Source of the DNA: an uncultured Bacilli bacterium
GTDB lineage: Bacteria > Bacillota_I > Bacilli_A > RF39 > UBA660
Direction of reading: 5' to 3'
Assembly (NCBI GenBank): GCA_947623735.1
Contig: CANQHE010000002.1
Coordinates: forward strand, 2,611-66,610
Length of the DNA stretch: 64,000 nucleotides
The position numbers and the translations under genes are program-made. The stretch's first letter is position 1. Every line of letters begins with the position of its first letter. The notes under the pieces were generated by a model that was not told the origin of the DNA, made no database searches, and saw only the letters and a program-made list of their open reading frames with translations. Below are positions 40,832 through 49,073 of the stretch, piece after piece.

Positions 40832-42655
40832 GTGATGTTTTTGAAAAAAGGTTTAATTAGTGTGGCATTACTTACTTCTTTTTTGGCTATTAGTCCGGCT
40901 CAGGCTTTAGAAGATTATTCTTTATGTCAGTATTCAGAGGAATATATTAAATGGTCAAATTTATCCGAAGAAGAAAAAGAAAATACAATTATGCCAGATA
41001 TGTGTGATGCTAAAACAAGTTTAAATTTGATTACAACTAATAATAATTTTACTTTAAATAAATATCGAATACCTAGTAAATATTTAACTGATGTTAGATA
41101 TCAACAAACTGATTCTTGTTGGGCTTATGGAACACTCGCGGCGATAGAGTCAAATATGCTTTTGAATGGTATTCCTAATAAATATTTAAGTGTTGCTCAT
41201 TTAGAGTTTGCAACTCAAGATAGTTTGTTTGTGCCTTATAAGAAAAATTTTAGAAGAGATTTTAATAGTGGAGGATGGCCACAGCTTACAGATGCTTATG
41301 TTTTAAATCATTGGGGACCAATTTATGAAGATAGTATGCCTGAGAATGTTTTAATAAAAGCAGCTTTGAATAAAGGAAATCCAACTATTGGAGATGTCGA
41401 AAAACAAAAGGCTGTAGTGGATGTAAATAATATTATAAAACTTAAAAATGGTCAGGGAGTTTGTTCTAGTGATGCTATTTCTAATATAAAGAAGTACATT
41501 ACTCGCTATGGAGCAATTGGAGCATCTTATTTCTTTGATGGTTCGTTTGAAGGTTTAGCTCTTACACCAGTAGAAGATAAGTATAATATTAATACGAAAT
41601 ATTTGAGTGGACCATATTATTATTATAATGGAGATAAAGTTGCTTTAAGTGGAGAAGCGGAAACAGAAAATCATTTAGCTAACCATTTATCAGTAATCGT
41701 TGGTTGGGATGATACAATATCAAAGGATAAATTTGCCACTAAACCTTCAAGAGATGGAGCTTGGATAGTTAAAAATTCTTATGGTAAAACTATTAAACTT
41801 AGTAATGGTAACGTTGTTAATATTGGAGATAATGGATATTTTTATGTTTCTTATGATGATATAAATATTTGTAGTAATTTAGTTGGTTATTATGATGTTG
41901 ATAATACAGTTTCAGATTATGCTTATTATTATGATTATTTAGGAAAGAATGCTTATGTTGTAAAAAGTGATGCGGTTTATTTAGCAAATGTGTTTAAAAA
42001 GAAAGATAAAAAAGCAGAAAAATTAGATAAAATATCTTTTGCAGTAGAAGATGCGGGTTATAAATATACAGTTTATTATGCTAGTAATGCTACGTTGAAA
42101 AATTATGTAGAAATTGGTAAAGGAACAACAGAACATGCAGGATATATTAGTGTTGATGTTAATAAAAGTATATATGTATCTAGTTCATTTTCGGTAATTG
42201 TTAAATTGGAGGCTCCAACAATTAATGTTGCTGTTGCAATAAAACCTTCGGTTAAAAATGATATGTATTTAAATTTTGAACCTACAAGTGATGTTTCTTA
42301 TGTTTCTAGTGATGGGGTTAATTGGTCAAGTTTTACGACGGGAAATAAAGTAATTCAAAATAGTATTAGAGCTTATACAACTGTGAAAAAGACAGAAACA
42401 ACTCCAGAGGTTAGTGATAAAGGAAAAGTTGAGGATAAAGGAAGCGTGGTAGTAAAAGACCCTAATAATAAGAATAATGATACTGATAAGTTAAGTAGTG
42501 GAAGTAATGTAGAAGAACAAGAATATTATGATAGTAGTCTTCCTAGAAGTCCTCAAACTGGGGTTAAAGATGTTACAATTATTGCTGTAGTATTAATTGG
42601 ATTTATATTTATTATTAGAAGATTCACAAAGAATAAAATATATAAAATTAAATAA
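40832..42655 (+). CDS. Secreted papain-like (C1 family) cysteine peptidase with C-terminal cell-wall sorting signal
   Basis: Signal peptide (probable TTG start at 40841, MKKGLISVALL...AQA), catalytic QQTDSCWAYG, and a His region NHLSVIVGWD. The C-terminus is SPQTG (42548-42562), a hydrophobic helix, then RRFTKNK. Confidence 0.8.
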   Translation: MMFLKKGLISVALLTSFLAISPAQALEDYSLCQYSEEYIKWSNLSEEEKENTIMPDMCDAKTSLNLITTNNNFTLNKYRIPSKYLTDVRYQQTDSCWAYGTLAAIESNMLLNGIPNKYLSVAHLEFATQDSLFVPYKKNFRRDFNSGGWPQLTDAYVLNHWGPIYEDSMPENVLIKAALNKGNPTIGDVEKQKAVVDVNNIIKLKNGQGVCSSDAISNIKKYITRYGAIGASYFFDGSFEGLALTPVEDKYNINTKYLSGPYYYYNGDKVALSGEAETENHLANHLSVIVGWDDTISKDKFATKPSRDGAWIVKNSYGKTIKLSNGNVVNIGDNGYFYVSYDDINICSNLVGYYDVDNTVSDYAYYYDYLGKNAYVVKSDAVYLANVFKKKDKKAEKLDKISFAVEDAGYKYTVYYASNATLKNYVEIGKGTTEHAGYISVDVNKSIYVSSSFSVIVKLEAPTINVAVAIKPSVKNDMYLNFEPTSDVSYVSSDGVNWSSFTTGNKVIQNSIRAYTTVKKTETTPEVSDKGKVEDKGSVVVKDPNNKNNDTDKLSSGSNVEEQEYYDSSLPRSPQTGVKDVTIIAVVLIGFIFIIRRFTKNKIYKIK

Positions 42656-42685
42656 AATCTTTTGATTTATTTCAAAAGATTTTTT
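42654..42685 (+). terminator. Intrinsic terminator of the C1 peptidase gene
   Basis: AAAATCTTTTGA (42654-42665) pairs with TCAAAAGATTTT (42672-42683), followed by a T-run. Confidence 0.8.
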
Positions 42686-42693
42686 ACTGGATT

Positions 42694-42710
42694 TGTCGAA
42701 TTTTGTCGGA
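42694..42710 (+). promoter_or_regulatory. Two Spo0A boxes 10 bp apart
   Basis: TGTCGAA (42694-42700) and TGTCGGA (42704-42710), just upstream of a consensus promoter. Confidence 0.55.
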
Positions 42711-42719
42711 CGATTTTTC

Positions 42720-42748
42720 TTTACATATATAGATTTAGTATTTATAAT
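42720..42748 (+). promoter_or_regulatory. Near-consensus sigma-A promoter
   Basis: TTTACA (42720-42725), a 17-nt spacer, TATAAT (42743-42748). Confidence 0.6.
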
Positions 42749-42838
42749 AAATAATCGAACATTTAAGGCGGGTGTCTACCTCTTTAGTGTTCTTCTTTTC
42801 ATAACTTTCTCCTTTACTTATTTAAGGGGGTTTGGCTT

Positions 42839-42970
42839 ATGGTAAAGGAGGTACTAGTGGCCATGGTAAAAGTGATTTTATCCGTGATATTATTGTTTAT
42901 AACAATTAAAAAGACACTTGTTTTTATCAATGTTAAAATTGATATCAACGTAAGTGTCTTTAAAAAATAG
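42839..42970 (+). CDS. Candidate small hydrophobic peptide (43 aa; 35 aa from the internal ATG 42863)
   Basis: MVKEVLVAMVKVILSVILLFITIKKTLVFINVKIDINVSVFKK. SD AAGGGGG precedes ATG 42839 and AAGGAGG precedes ATG 42863. It overlaps a long hairpin, so it could be non-coding. Confidence 0.3.
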   Translation: MVKEVLVAMVKVILSVILLFITIKKTLVFINVKIDINVSVFKK

Positions 42971-43044
42971 TATATTTTTTGTAGGCATTTAGTCCTTAAA
43001 TGTTCTACAATTTAATATTAACATAGTTTTATCATAAATACAAC
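42860..43044 (+). repeat. ~186-bp direct repeat, copy A
   Basis: Roughly 90% identical by eye to 45269-45455. Contains the long interrupted hairpin AAAGACACTT...AAGTGTCTTT (42910-42961). Confidence 0.85.
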
Positions 43045-43086
43045 CATTATTTTAAAAGAAATAGAGTGTTTAAAATTACACTCTAT
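43045..43086 (-). terminator. Intrinsic terminator of paralog 2
   Basis: ATAGAGTGT (43061-43069) pairs with ACACTCTAT (43078-43086), followed by a T-rich tract on the minus strand. A second hairpin CTTGCCTA...TAGGCAAG lies at 43101-43138. Confidence 0.65.
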
Positions 43087-43144
43087 CATGGAATTTCATT
43101 CTTGCCTACTTATAAAAATTGAAAGCAAAATAGGCAAGTGATTA

Positions 43145-44650
43145 TTAATTTGTTTGAACTATATATGGATTTGTTGGTGTACCGTTTCCACCAGATTCGA
43201 AAGTAACATCGGCTTTTAAGTTTATTACAGGACGCACACCATTGATATTGTTGTTCACGTATTCGCCGGAGAGGAGGCCATTAGGCGCTACATGGAAAAT
43301 ATTAGCACGTCCTTCGTAAAAGTCACACGGAGACATTATCCAATAAAATTGATTTGTATATAACCAGTATCCATTATTTGTTTTTCCTCCAAAACCTCCT
43401 GAATATATTACTTCATCCATTGTGATTAATCCTACTGGCACTGATAAGGCATTATTTCCTTCTACATTTCCATCAATTCCTTTTGTTTCTCCTGTTGCGC
43501 TTGGACCTGTATATAAATCTCTAACTGTATTTGCGCATTTTAATGTTGGTGTTTGCTCATCTGTTCTATAATTTGTACTATTTTGTTGTTTTACTCTATC
43601 TAATGAGACGTATTCTGATTGTTCTTTTCCATAGCCTGGGCCTGAAGCTCTATGATTTTCTGTTGCCAAAGTTCTATCTCCACAAAAGCCTGTTTCAACA
43701 TCTATGTACTCTGATAAACTACCTAAATCTGTATTATTTGTATACCAATTTTCTACTTCTTTTAATATCGTACTTTTAGTTTCTGGTTTATGTGCTGTTT
43801 CATAATTTGTGCTTGCTTCTCCTTCTTTTTCGCCATACATATATCCTACGTATTTGTTATCATTATATTGTTCATTAAATTTTACAGCCATTTTATATTG
43901 TTCATTACTATTTATTTGCTTTTGTGGTGTTATCATTGTTCCATTTCCTGTTCTATCTGGAGCTTCTGTTGTGTTACTACTTGTTCCGGCATACATCAAT
44001 CTTAAAGTGCCATTGCCATTTATTCTGATTATCCTCCACCAGATATATTCATTACTATTTTTAGTATCTTTGCCAAATACTACCCAGTTATTATCTACCG
44101 TTCCTCTATATACGTAACTATCTCCAAAATCGTCTTCTCCATAATATAAACCATTCTCTTTTAATGTACAATCACCTTCACAACTAGTTCCTGTAAATGT
44201 AGGTGTTCCTTTTACTGTTTGATTTAGTTTATTTAATGTTTCATTTGCTAATGTGTTTTTCATAAACCATACATAACATTTATCATTTTTCTTTAAATCA
44301 CTAAATGTATGTTTTCCATTTATTGTTTCTAACTTATCATATACTTTTTCTTTATTATCATTAGTACAATAACTTTTGGCTTTATTGATAATATATTTAC
44401 TTCCATCCGGTACTATATCAAGTGTTTTTTCATTACCATTATCTTCTAATTCATATAAAGCCATAATTTTAAAATCATAACCTGTAGTAGTTATAGTACC
44501 TCTTGCTATAGGTATACTTTCAGTTAGTTTATACTTTGCCTTTGTTAAAAACAAATTCATTATTATCATGATTATTGTACATACTATAAACCCGTAGATA
44601 AACATTTTGCTTCCTTTACTTTTACTATAATTTAATTTTTCAAACTTCAA
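43145..44650 (-). CDS. Large secreted/anchored protein of unknown function, paralog 2 (intact)
   Basis: TTG start with SD GAAGGGAAG. Basic N-terminus plus TM helix (MFIYGFIVCTIIMIIMNLFL). Shares conserved blocks with the 3512-4819 product through the C-terminus (GGNGTPTNPYIVQTN). Confidence 0.8.
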   Translation of the reverse strand: MKFEKLNYSKSKGSKMFIYGFIVCTIIMIIMNLFLTKAKYKLTESIPIARGTITTTGYDFKIMALYELEDNGNEKTLDIVPDGSKYIINKAKSYCTNDNKEKVYDKLETINGKHTFSDLKKNDKCYVWFMKNTLANETLNKLNQTVKGTPTFTGTSCEGDCTLKENGLYYGEDDFGDSYVYRGTVDNNWVVFGKDTKNSNEYIWWRIIRINGNGTLRLMYAGTSSNTTEAPDRTGNGTMITPQKQINSNEQYKMAVKFNEQYNDNKYVGYMYGEKEGEASTNYETAHKPETKSTILKEVENWYTNNTDLGSLSEYIDVETGFCGDRTLATENHRASGPGYGKEQSEYVSLDRVKQQNSTNYRTDEQTPTLKCANTVRDLYTGPSATGETKGIDGNVEGNNALSVPVGLITMDEVIYSGGFGGKTNNGYWLYTNQFYWIMSPCDFYEGRANIFHVAPNGLLSGEYVNNNINGVRPVINLKADVTFESGGNGTPTNPYIVQTN

Positions 44651-44815
44651 TATTCTACTTCCCTTCTATAATTAATTATCAATTATATTAGAAATTTCTA
44701 ACTTACATATTTATTATAATCTTGGATATACTAAAAGTCAAGAAAAATGTTTAAAATTACCAGACAATTATGAAAATTGTAAGCTTTTTATGTAATTATA
44801 TTTATGGTGATATGA

Positions 44816-45262
44816 GTGAATATTGAAAAACTAAAAAATATAAGAGAAAGTAAGGATTTAACTATGCAGGATGTAGCATCAGCAATAAATGTTGCTAAGA
44901 GTAGTTATAGTTTGTGGGAAGAGGGAATAGAGAGGATACCTTTAAATCGTCTTATCGATATATGTGATTATTTTAATGTTAGTGTTGACTATTTATTGGA
45001 TTTAACAAATCAAAAAAATTATTCTAATAATCATAAGTCATATATAAAAAATGTTTTGGCTAAAAATTTAAAGAGTATTCGCAAAGAACAAAAGATTACT
45101 CAGGAGAAATTGGCTAAAAGGTTAAGTTTAACTAGAACAACAATTATTAATTATGAAAAAGGAATTACTACTCCTCTTTTAGACTATATATTATATTTTT
45201 GTAGAACTTATAATATATCTGCGGATTATTTACTGGGAAGAATTGATAAAAAGCCTTTTTAG
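44816..45262 (+). CDS. Tandem-HTH XRE-family regulator
   Basis: Two HTH_3 modules (LTMQDVASAINVAKSSYSLWEEG; ITQEKLAKRLSLTRTTIINYEKG), each followed by a DYLLG-type motif. GTG start with SD GGTGA. Divergent from paralog 2. Confidence 0.8.
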   Translation: MNIEKLKNIRESKDLTMQDVASAINVAKSSYSLWEEGIERIPLNRLIDICDYFNVSVDYLLDLTNQKNYSNNHKSYIKNVLAKNLKSIRKEQKITQEKLAKRLSLTRTTIINYEKGITTPLLDYILYFCRTYNISADYLLGRIDKKPF

Positions 45263-45268
45263 GTTTAG

Positions 45269-45455
45269 ATGGTCATGATAAAAGTGATTTTATCCGTGAT
45301 ATTATTATTTACAGTAATAAAAAAGACACTTGTTTTTATCAATGTAAAAATTGATATCAACATAAGTGTCTATAAAAAAAATTAACTTTTTGTAGGCATT
45401 TAGTCCTTAAATGTTCTACAATTTAATATTAGCATAGTTTTATCATAAATACAAC
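45269..45455 (+). repeat. ~186-bp direct repeat, copy B
   Basis: Matches 42860-43044. Ends exactly at the rsmA stop codon and starts 7 nt after the XRE stop. Confidence 0.85.
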
Positions 45456-46228
45456 TATAAAATATTCGCAATAGCAATAAATATTTCTAAAGGTATTTGT
45501 TCGGCGCGAACATTTTCTTTAAAATTATTTTGGATTAGAATAGTATTTATTTTATTCCAATCATATGATTTTAAATTATTTTTTAAGGTTTTTCTTTTCA
45601 TTTTAAAAGCATCTTCGATAAGTTTAAAAAATATTTTTTCATTAGTTTTGATCTTTTGTTCTTTTTTAGTGAAATTAACTACAGCACTATCAACTTTAGG
45701 AATAGGGTCAAATGAAGTATTTTTAACATCAAATAAATATTTTATGTCAAAGTAATAGTTTAAATAAACAGTAAGGCTTCCATAATCTTTAGAATTTGGT
45801 TTAGCAGAAAAACGTTTGGCAACTTCTTTTTGGACAAGTAAAGTCATACTTTTTAAATTATCTAAATTAATAATATGTTTAATTATAGGTGTGGTAATGT
45901 AATAGGGGATATTTGCGATTATATAGATATTATTATGCGGGAAAGAATTTATATCAGTAGTTATATTTGCTTTTAAAAAATCTTTAAATATTATTTTGGT
46001 TTTGGAATTATTTAAGGGTTCTAGAATATTTTTTAAACGTTCATCTATTTCATAACAGATAAGATAACTGTTTTTATTTATTAAATATTTAGTTAAAGCT
46101 CCTTTTCCAGGACCAATTTCAATTATTAAATCATTATCTTTGGTTGGTATAGAGTTAGCAATATTAAATAATACTTGTTCATCTTTTAAAAAGTTTTGTC
46201 CAAGGCTTTTTTTGGCGGGTATATTCAT
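45455..46228 (-). CDS. rsmA: 16S rRNA (adenine1518/1519-N6)-dimethyltransferase
   Basis: KKSLGQNFL, EIGPGKGALT and ANIPYYITTPI motifs. Confidence 0.93.
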   Translation of the reverse strand: MNIPAKKSLGQNFLKDEQVLFNIANSIPTKDNDLIIEIGPGKGALTKYLINKNSYLICYEIDERLKNILEPLNNSKTKIIFKDFLKANITTDINSFPHNNIYIIANIPYYITTPIIKHIINLDNLKSMTLLVQKEVAKRFSAKPNSKDYGSLTVYLNYYFDIKYLFDVKNTSFDPIPKVDSAVVNFTKKEQKIKTNEKIFFKLIEDAFKMKRKTLKNNLKSYDWNKINTILIQNNFKENVRAEQIPLEIFIAIANIL

Positions 46229-46257
46229 ATTATTTCCTTTCTATTTTAAAAGCTGGG

Positions 46258-46824
46258 TTATTTTTCCCAGCCTATTCTTAAGACATCATATGTTATTTTA
46301 CTACGGCCAATATATTTTAAAGCATATTCTTCAGAGGGAGCTAGAAAGTCAATATCATTTCCTAAAACACCACGGTCAAGAACAATGGCAATAATAGGTT
46401 GGTCACTTATTTTTTTGTTGTTAAAACGGATAATAGAACCACAGGGAAGATTAGAGGAAGAAGCAACTATATTTACTTCACCATATGTTTTATCTTCATA
46501 AGTATTTTGACCATTACTTAAGTCTAAATTCCCCATACAAGCAAGTTTGCCAGTACATAAAGGACAATAAGCATTGTAACCGGTTAAATCGCCAGTATAA
46601 CTATCCAATGAACCCCAGAGATAAGTTTGAAGGGCTTCTTCATTGGCTTTCTTTTCTTCTTCTTTATTTATATATATAGCCATGGTTGATAAATCAACGC
46701 TTTTATTAACGTTTTCATTAGAACTTGTTCTTTCCATTTTATAAGTAGATGAGTTAATACTTATTATTATGGCTAAAATAAAACTTACTTTTATTGTATT
46801 AGTAAAGTATTTTAATACTTTCAT
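46258..46824 (-). CDS. 3D-domain (MltA-like) cell-wall-associated protein, YabE-like
   Basis: Signal/TM segment, then GYNAYCPLCTGKLAC...VASSSNLPCGSIIRF...IAIVLDRG, typical of the 3D domain. Positioned between tatD and rsmA, as yabE is in Bacillus. Confidence 0.65.
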   Translation of the reverse strand: MKVLKYFTNTIKVSFILAIIISINSSTYKMERTSSNENVNKSVDLSTMAIYINKEEEKKANEEALQTYLWGSLDSYTGDLTGYNAYCPLCTGKLACMGNLDLSNGQNTYEDKTYGEVNIVASSSNLPCGSIIRFNNKKISDQPIIAIVLDRGVLGNDIDFLAPSEEYALKYIGRSKITYDVLRIGWEK

Positions 46825-46868
46825 ATATTCACCTCGAATTGGTTATTTTAATTTTATCATAAACTTGG

Positions 46869-47618
46869 TTAAATGTCAAAAATTCGTTTAACATTTTCAT
46901 TGGTAATTTTTGATAGGTCTTCAAGACTTATTTCTTTTAAGTTGGCAATATATTTGGCAATATCTAATATTCTTGCGGGTTCATTTTTAGTTCCGCGATA
47001 TGGTTCGGGAGTAAGATAGGGACTATCTGTTTCTAAAACGAGGTTAGTTAAAGGTATTTTTTTAATTACTTCTTTTAATTTAGAATTTTTAAAAGTTATA
47101 ACGCCATTGATACCGAGAGAAAAGCCCATTTTAATGTATATTTGAGCGGTCTCTAGAGAACCTGAAAAAGAATGGATAACACCTGTTACGGGATATTTTT
47201 TTAAAATATTAATAGTATCTTCAGTAGCATCACGACTATGAATAATAACTGGTAAATTAAAACTCGTGGCAATTTTTAGATTTTTTTCAAAAAGTTTTAT
47301 TTGTTCCGCTTTATTTTCTTTAGTATAATGATAATCCAAACCAATTTCCCCAATAGCAATTATTTTGGGATGCGATAAATGGGAAGTAATAAAGTTTAAG
47401 TCTTCTTCTTTATAAGTATCAACACTTTCGGGGTGAATACCTATTGCTCCATACATATTTTCATATTTATCAATTAGAGTTAAGACCTCTTTATTTGAAC
47501 TTTTATCACAACCATTATTTATAAATTTAGTAATACCATTATTTTTAGCATTATTTAATATTTCATTTATATCTTCATAATATTCTTTAAAAATATGACA
47601 ATGAGTATCAATAAACAT
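46869..47618 (-). CDS. tatD: TatD-family metal-dependent hydrolase
   Basis: MFIDTHCHI, GEIGLDYHY, IIHSRDA and ETDSPYL motifs. Confidence 0.9.
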   Translation of the reverse strand: MFIDTHCHIFKEYYEDINEILNNAKNNGITKFINNGCDKSSNKEVLTLIDKYENMYGAIGIHPESVDTYKEEDLNFITSHLSHPKIIAIGEIGLDYHYTKENKAEQIKLFEKNLKIATSFNLPVIIHSRDATEDTINILKKYPVTGVIHSFSGSLETAQIYIKMGFSLGINGVITFKNSKLKEVIKKIPLTNLVLETDSPYLTPEPYRGTKNEPARILDIAKYIANLKEISLEDLSKITNENVKRIFDI

Positions 47619-47677
47619 ATTATCACCTATTTAATTATAATTAAAAAATCATAAGAGGTCAATTTCTTATGATTAAT

Positions 47678-48310
47678 TTATTTTCTTAAACGATAAATAC
47701 TATTTTTATTTATACCATCTAACGTAGTACTAATTAGGTATGTTTCATTTTCATTAAAGATATTACTTAAGTTATTTAAAATATTTAATTTATCTATAAT
47801 ATTACTTAGTGTTAATGATTCATCAGTAATTTTTAAAGCATAATCTTTTAAGATAGTATTTTTGATGATGAGGAGTAAATTATCAAAGTCTTCTAAGTTT
47901 TTAGGAGTATTTGTGATAAGCATACTTTTGATAGTTCTTTTTAAGCCTTTGCGACTGATAAAAGTTATTTTTAGAATGCCTTTAGTATTTAATTCATAAG
48001 TAATTCTTATAGTACCATTAATTTTAGAAGTAGAATTTTTATAAGTTGCAATATCTAAGATAACTCTAGTGGGTGTAGCATTCTCATTAAAGGTGATGAT
48101 GCCAGTTCTAGAACTTTTAGTGTCTTTTTCTTTAAAACTTACTTTTTTATTTTGAGTTTGATGGTCTTTTTCGACAATAATAAGATGCTTTTGATTATTT
48201 TGGGATTTCTTTAAACTTAAAGTAGAATATTTATCATCATTTACGATTTTAATATTTATAATATTTCCTTGTTCATCTTTCATAATTTTAGCAAAACAAT
48301 AATTTTCCAT
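47678..48310 (-). CDS. Hypothetical protein
   Basis: 210-aa ORF with a plausible intergenic context. No motif recognised. Confidence 0.45.
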   Translation of the reverse strand: MENYCFAKIMKDEQGNIINIKIVNDDKYSTLSLKKSQNNQKHLIIVEKDHQTQNKKVSFKEKDTKSSRTGIITFNENATPTRVILDIATYKNSTSKINGTIRITYELNTKGILKITFISRKGLKRTIKSMLITNTPKNLEDFDNLLLIIKNTILKDYALKITDESLTLSNIIDKLNILNNLSNIFNENETYLISTTLDGINKNSIYRLRK

Positions 48311-48437
48311 GAATAAGCCTCCAAAAAACGGTCTTTATTATATCATATGCATAAAAAGAAGTAAAGTTTAAGTATAATTAAGAGTTTTTATTTGCTTTTA
48401 AAGTCTTTTTTTTGTAAAATTAAAAGGGGAGGAATGT

Positions 48438-48893
48438 ATGAAAATATATATTGGTTGTGACCATAGAGGTGTAGATTTAAAACTTAAGCTAGCCAAATAT
48501 TTAGAGGATAATGGTTTGGTTGTTGAAGATATTGGACTTCCTAATAGTCTACTTGATGATTATCCGGAGTTTGCTTTTAAATTAGGAGAAATGGTCCGTG
48601 ATAATATTGGAAGTCTTGGAATACTTATATGTGGTTCCGGAGTTGGCATGAGTATTGCGGCGAATAAAGTTAAAGGAATTAGATGCGTTAGAGCTGTTAG
48701 TGTTGATGATGCCTTTAAAGGAAAAAATCATAATGGTTGTAATGTAATTGCAATTGGTAGTGAAGTTACGCCCGATTTGAATTTAGTTAAAGAAATAATT
48801 GATACTTTTATTAATACGAAAAGTGCTAGTGAAGAGAGGCATTTAAAAAGAGTTAATGCCATAAAAGATTATGAGGAAAAAAATGAGTGTTAA
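48438..48893 (+). CDS. rpiB: Ribose-5-phosphate isomerase B (RpiB/LacA/LacB family)
   Basis: MKIYIGCDHRG and ICGSGVGMSIAANK motifs. Confidence 0.9.
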   Translation: MKIYIGCDHRGVDLKLKLAKYLEDNGLVVEDIGLPNSLLDDYPEFAFKLGEMVRDNIGSLGILICGSGVGMSIAANKVKGIRCVRAVSVDDAFKGKNHNGCNVIAIGSEVTPDLNLVKEIIDTFINTKSASEERHLKRVNAIKDYEEKNEC

Positions 48894-49065
48894 AGTATAC
48901 TTATATATATTTTTTACTTTTATGGGAATATTTATTTTTAATGGAGTAAATTTTAATGGAATTATGAAAAAGGGAAAAGTTTTAGAGGCTAAAATGTTAG
49001 TTTTAAGTCTTAGTTTTGCCCTTAGTTATCTTCTCACTAATTTTGTATTAGATTTTATATCATAA
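48883..49065 (+). CDS. Small hypothetical membrane protein
   Basis: 60 aa with two hydrophobic segments. ATG 48883 is preceded by GAGGAAAAAA. Confidence 0.35.
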   Translation: MSVKVYLYIFFTFMGIFIFNGVNFNGIMKKGKVLEAKMLVLSLSFALSYLLTNFVLDFIS

Positions 49066-49073
49066 TAAAAGAT

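Noticed and set aside
43531-44117. Three plus-strand ORFs (71-102 aa) antisense to paralog 2, and 3889-4221 antisense to paralog 1.
   Set aside because: Shadow ORFs with low-complexity Leu/Phe/Tyr composition. The minus-strand frame carries the conserved paralogous protein.
45269-45390. Second copy of the small hydrophobic ORF inside direct repeat copy B (MVMIKVILSVILLFTVIKK...).
   Set aside because: It lacks the promoter, leader and SD present in copy A and starts 7 nt after the XRE stop. It is treated as a by-product of the duplication, not called as a gene.
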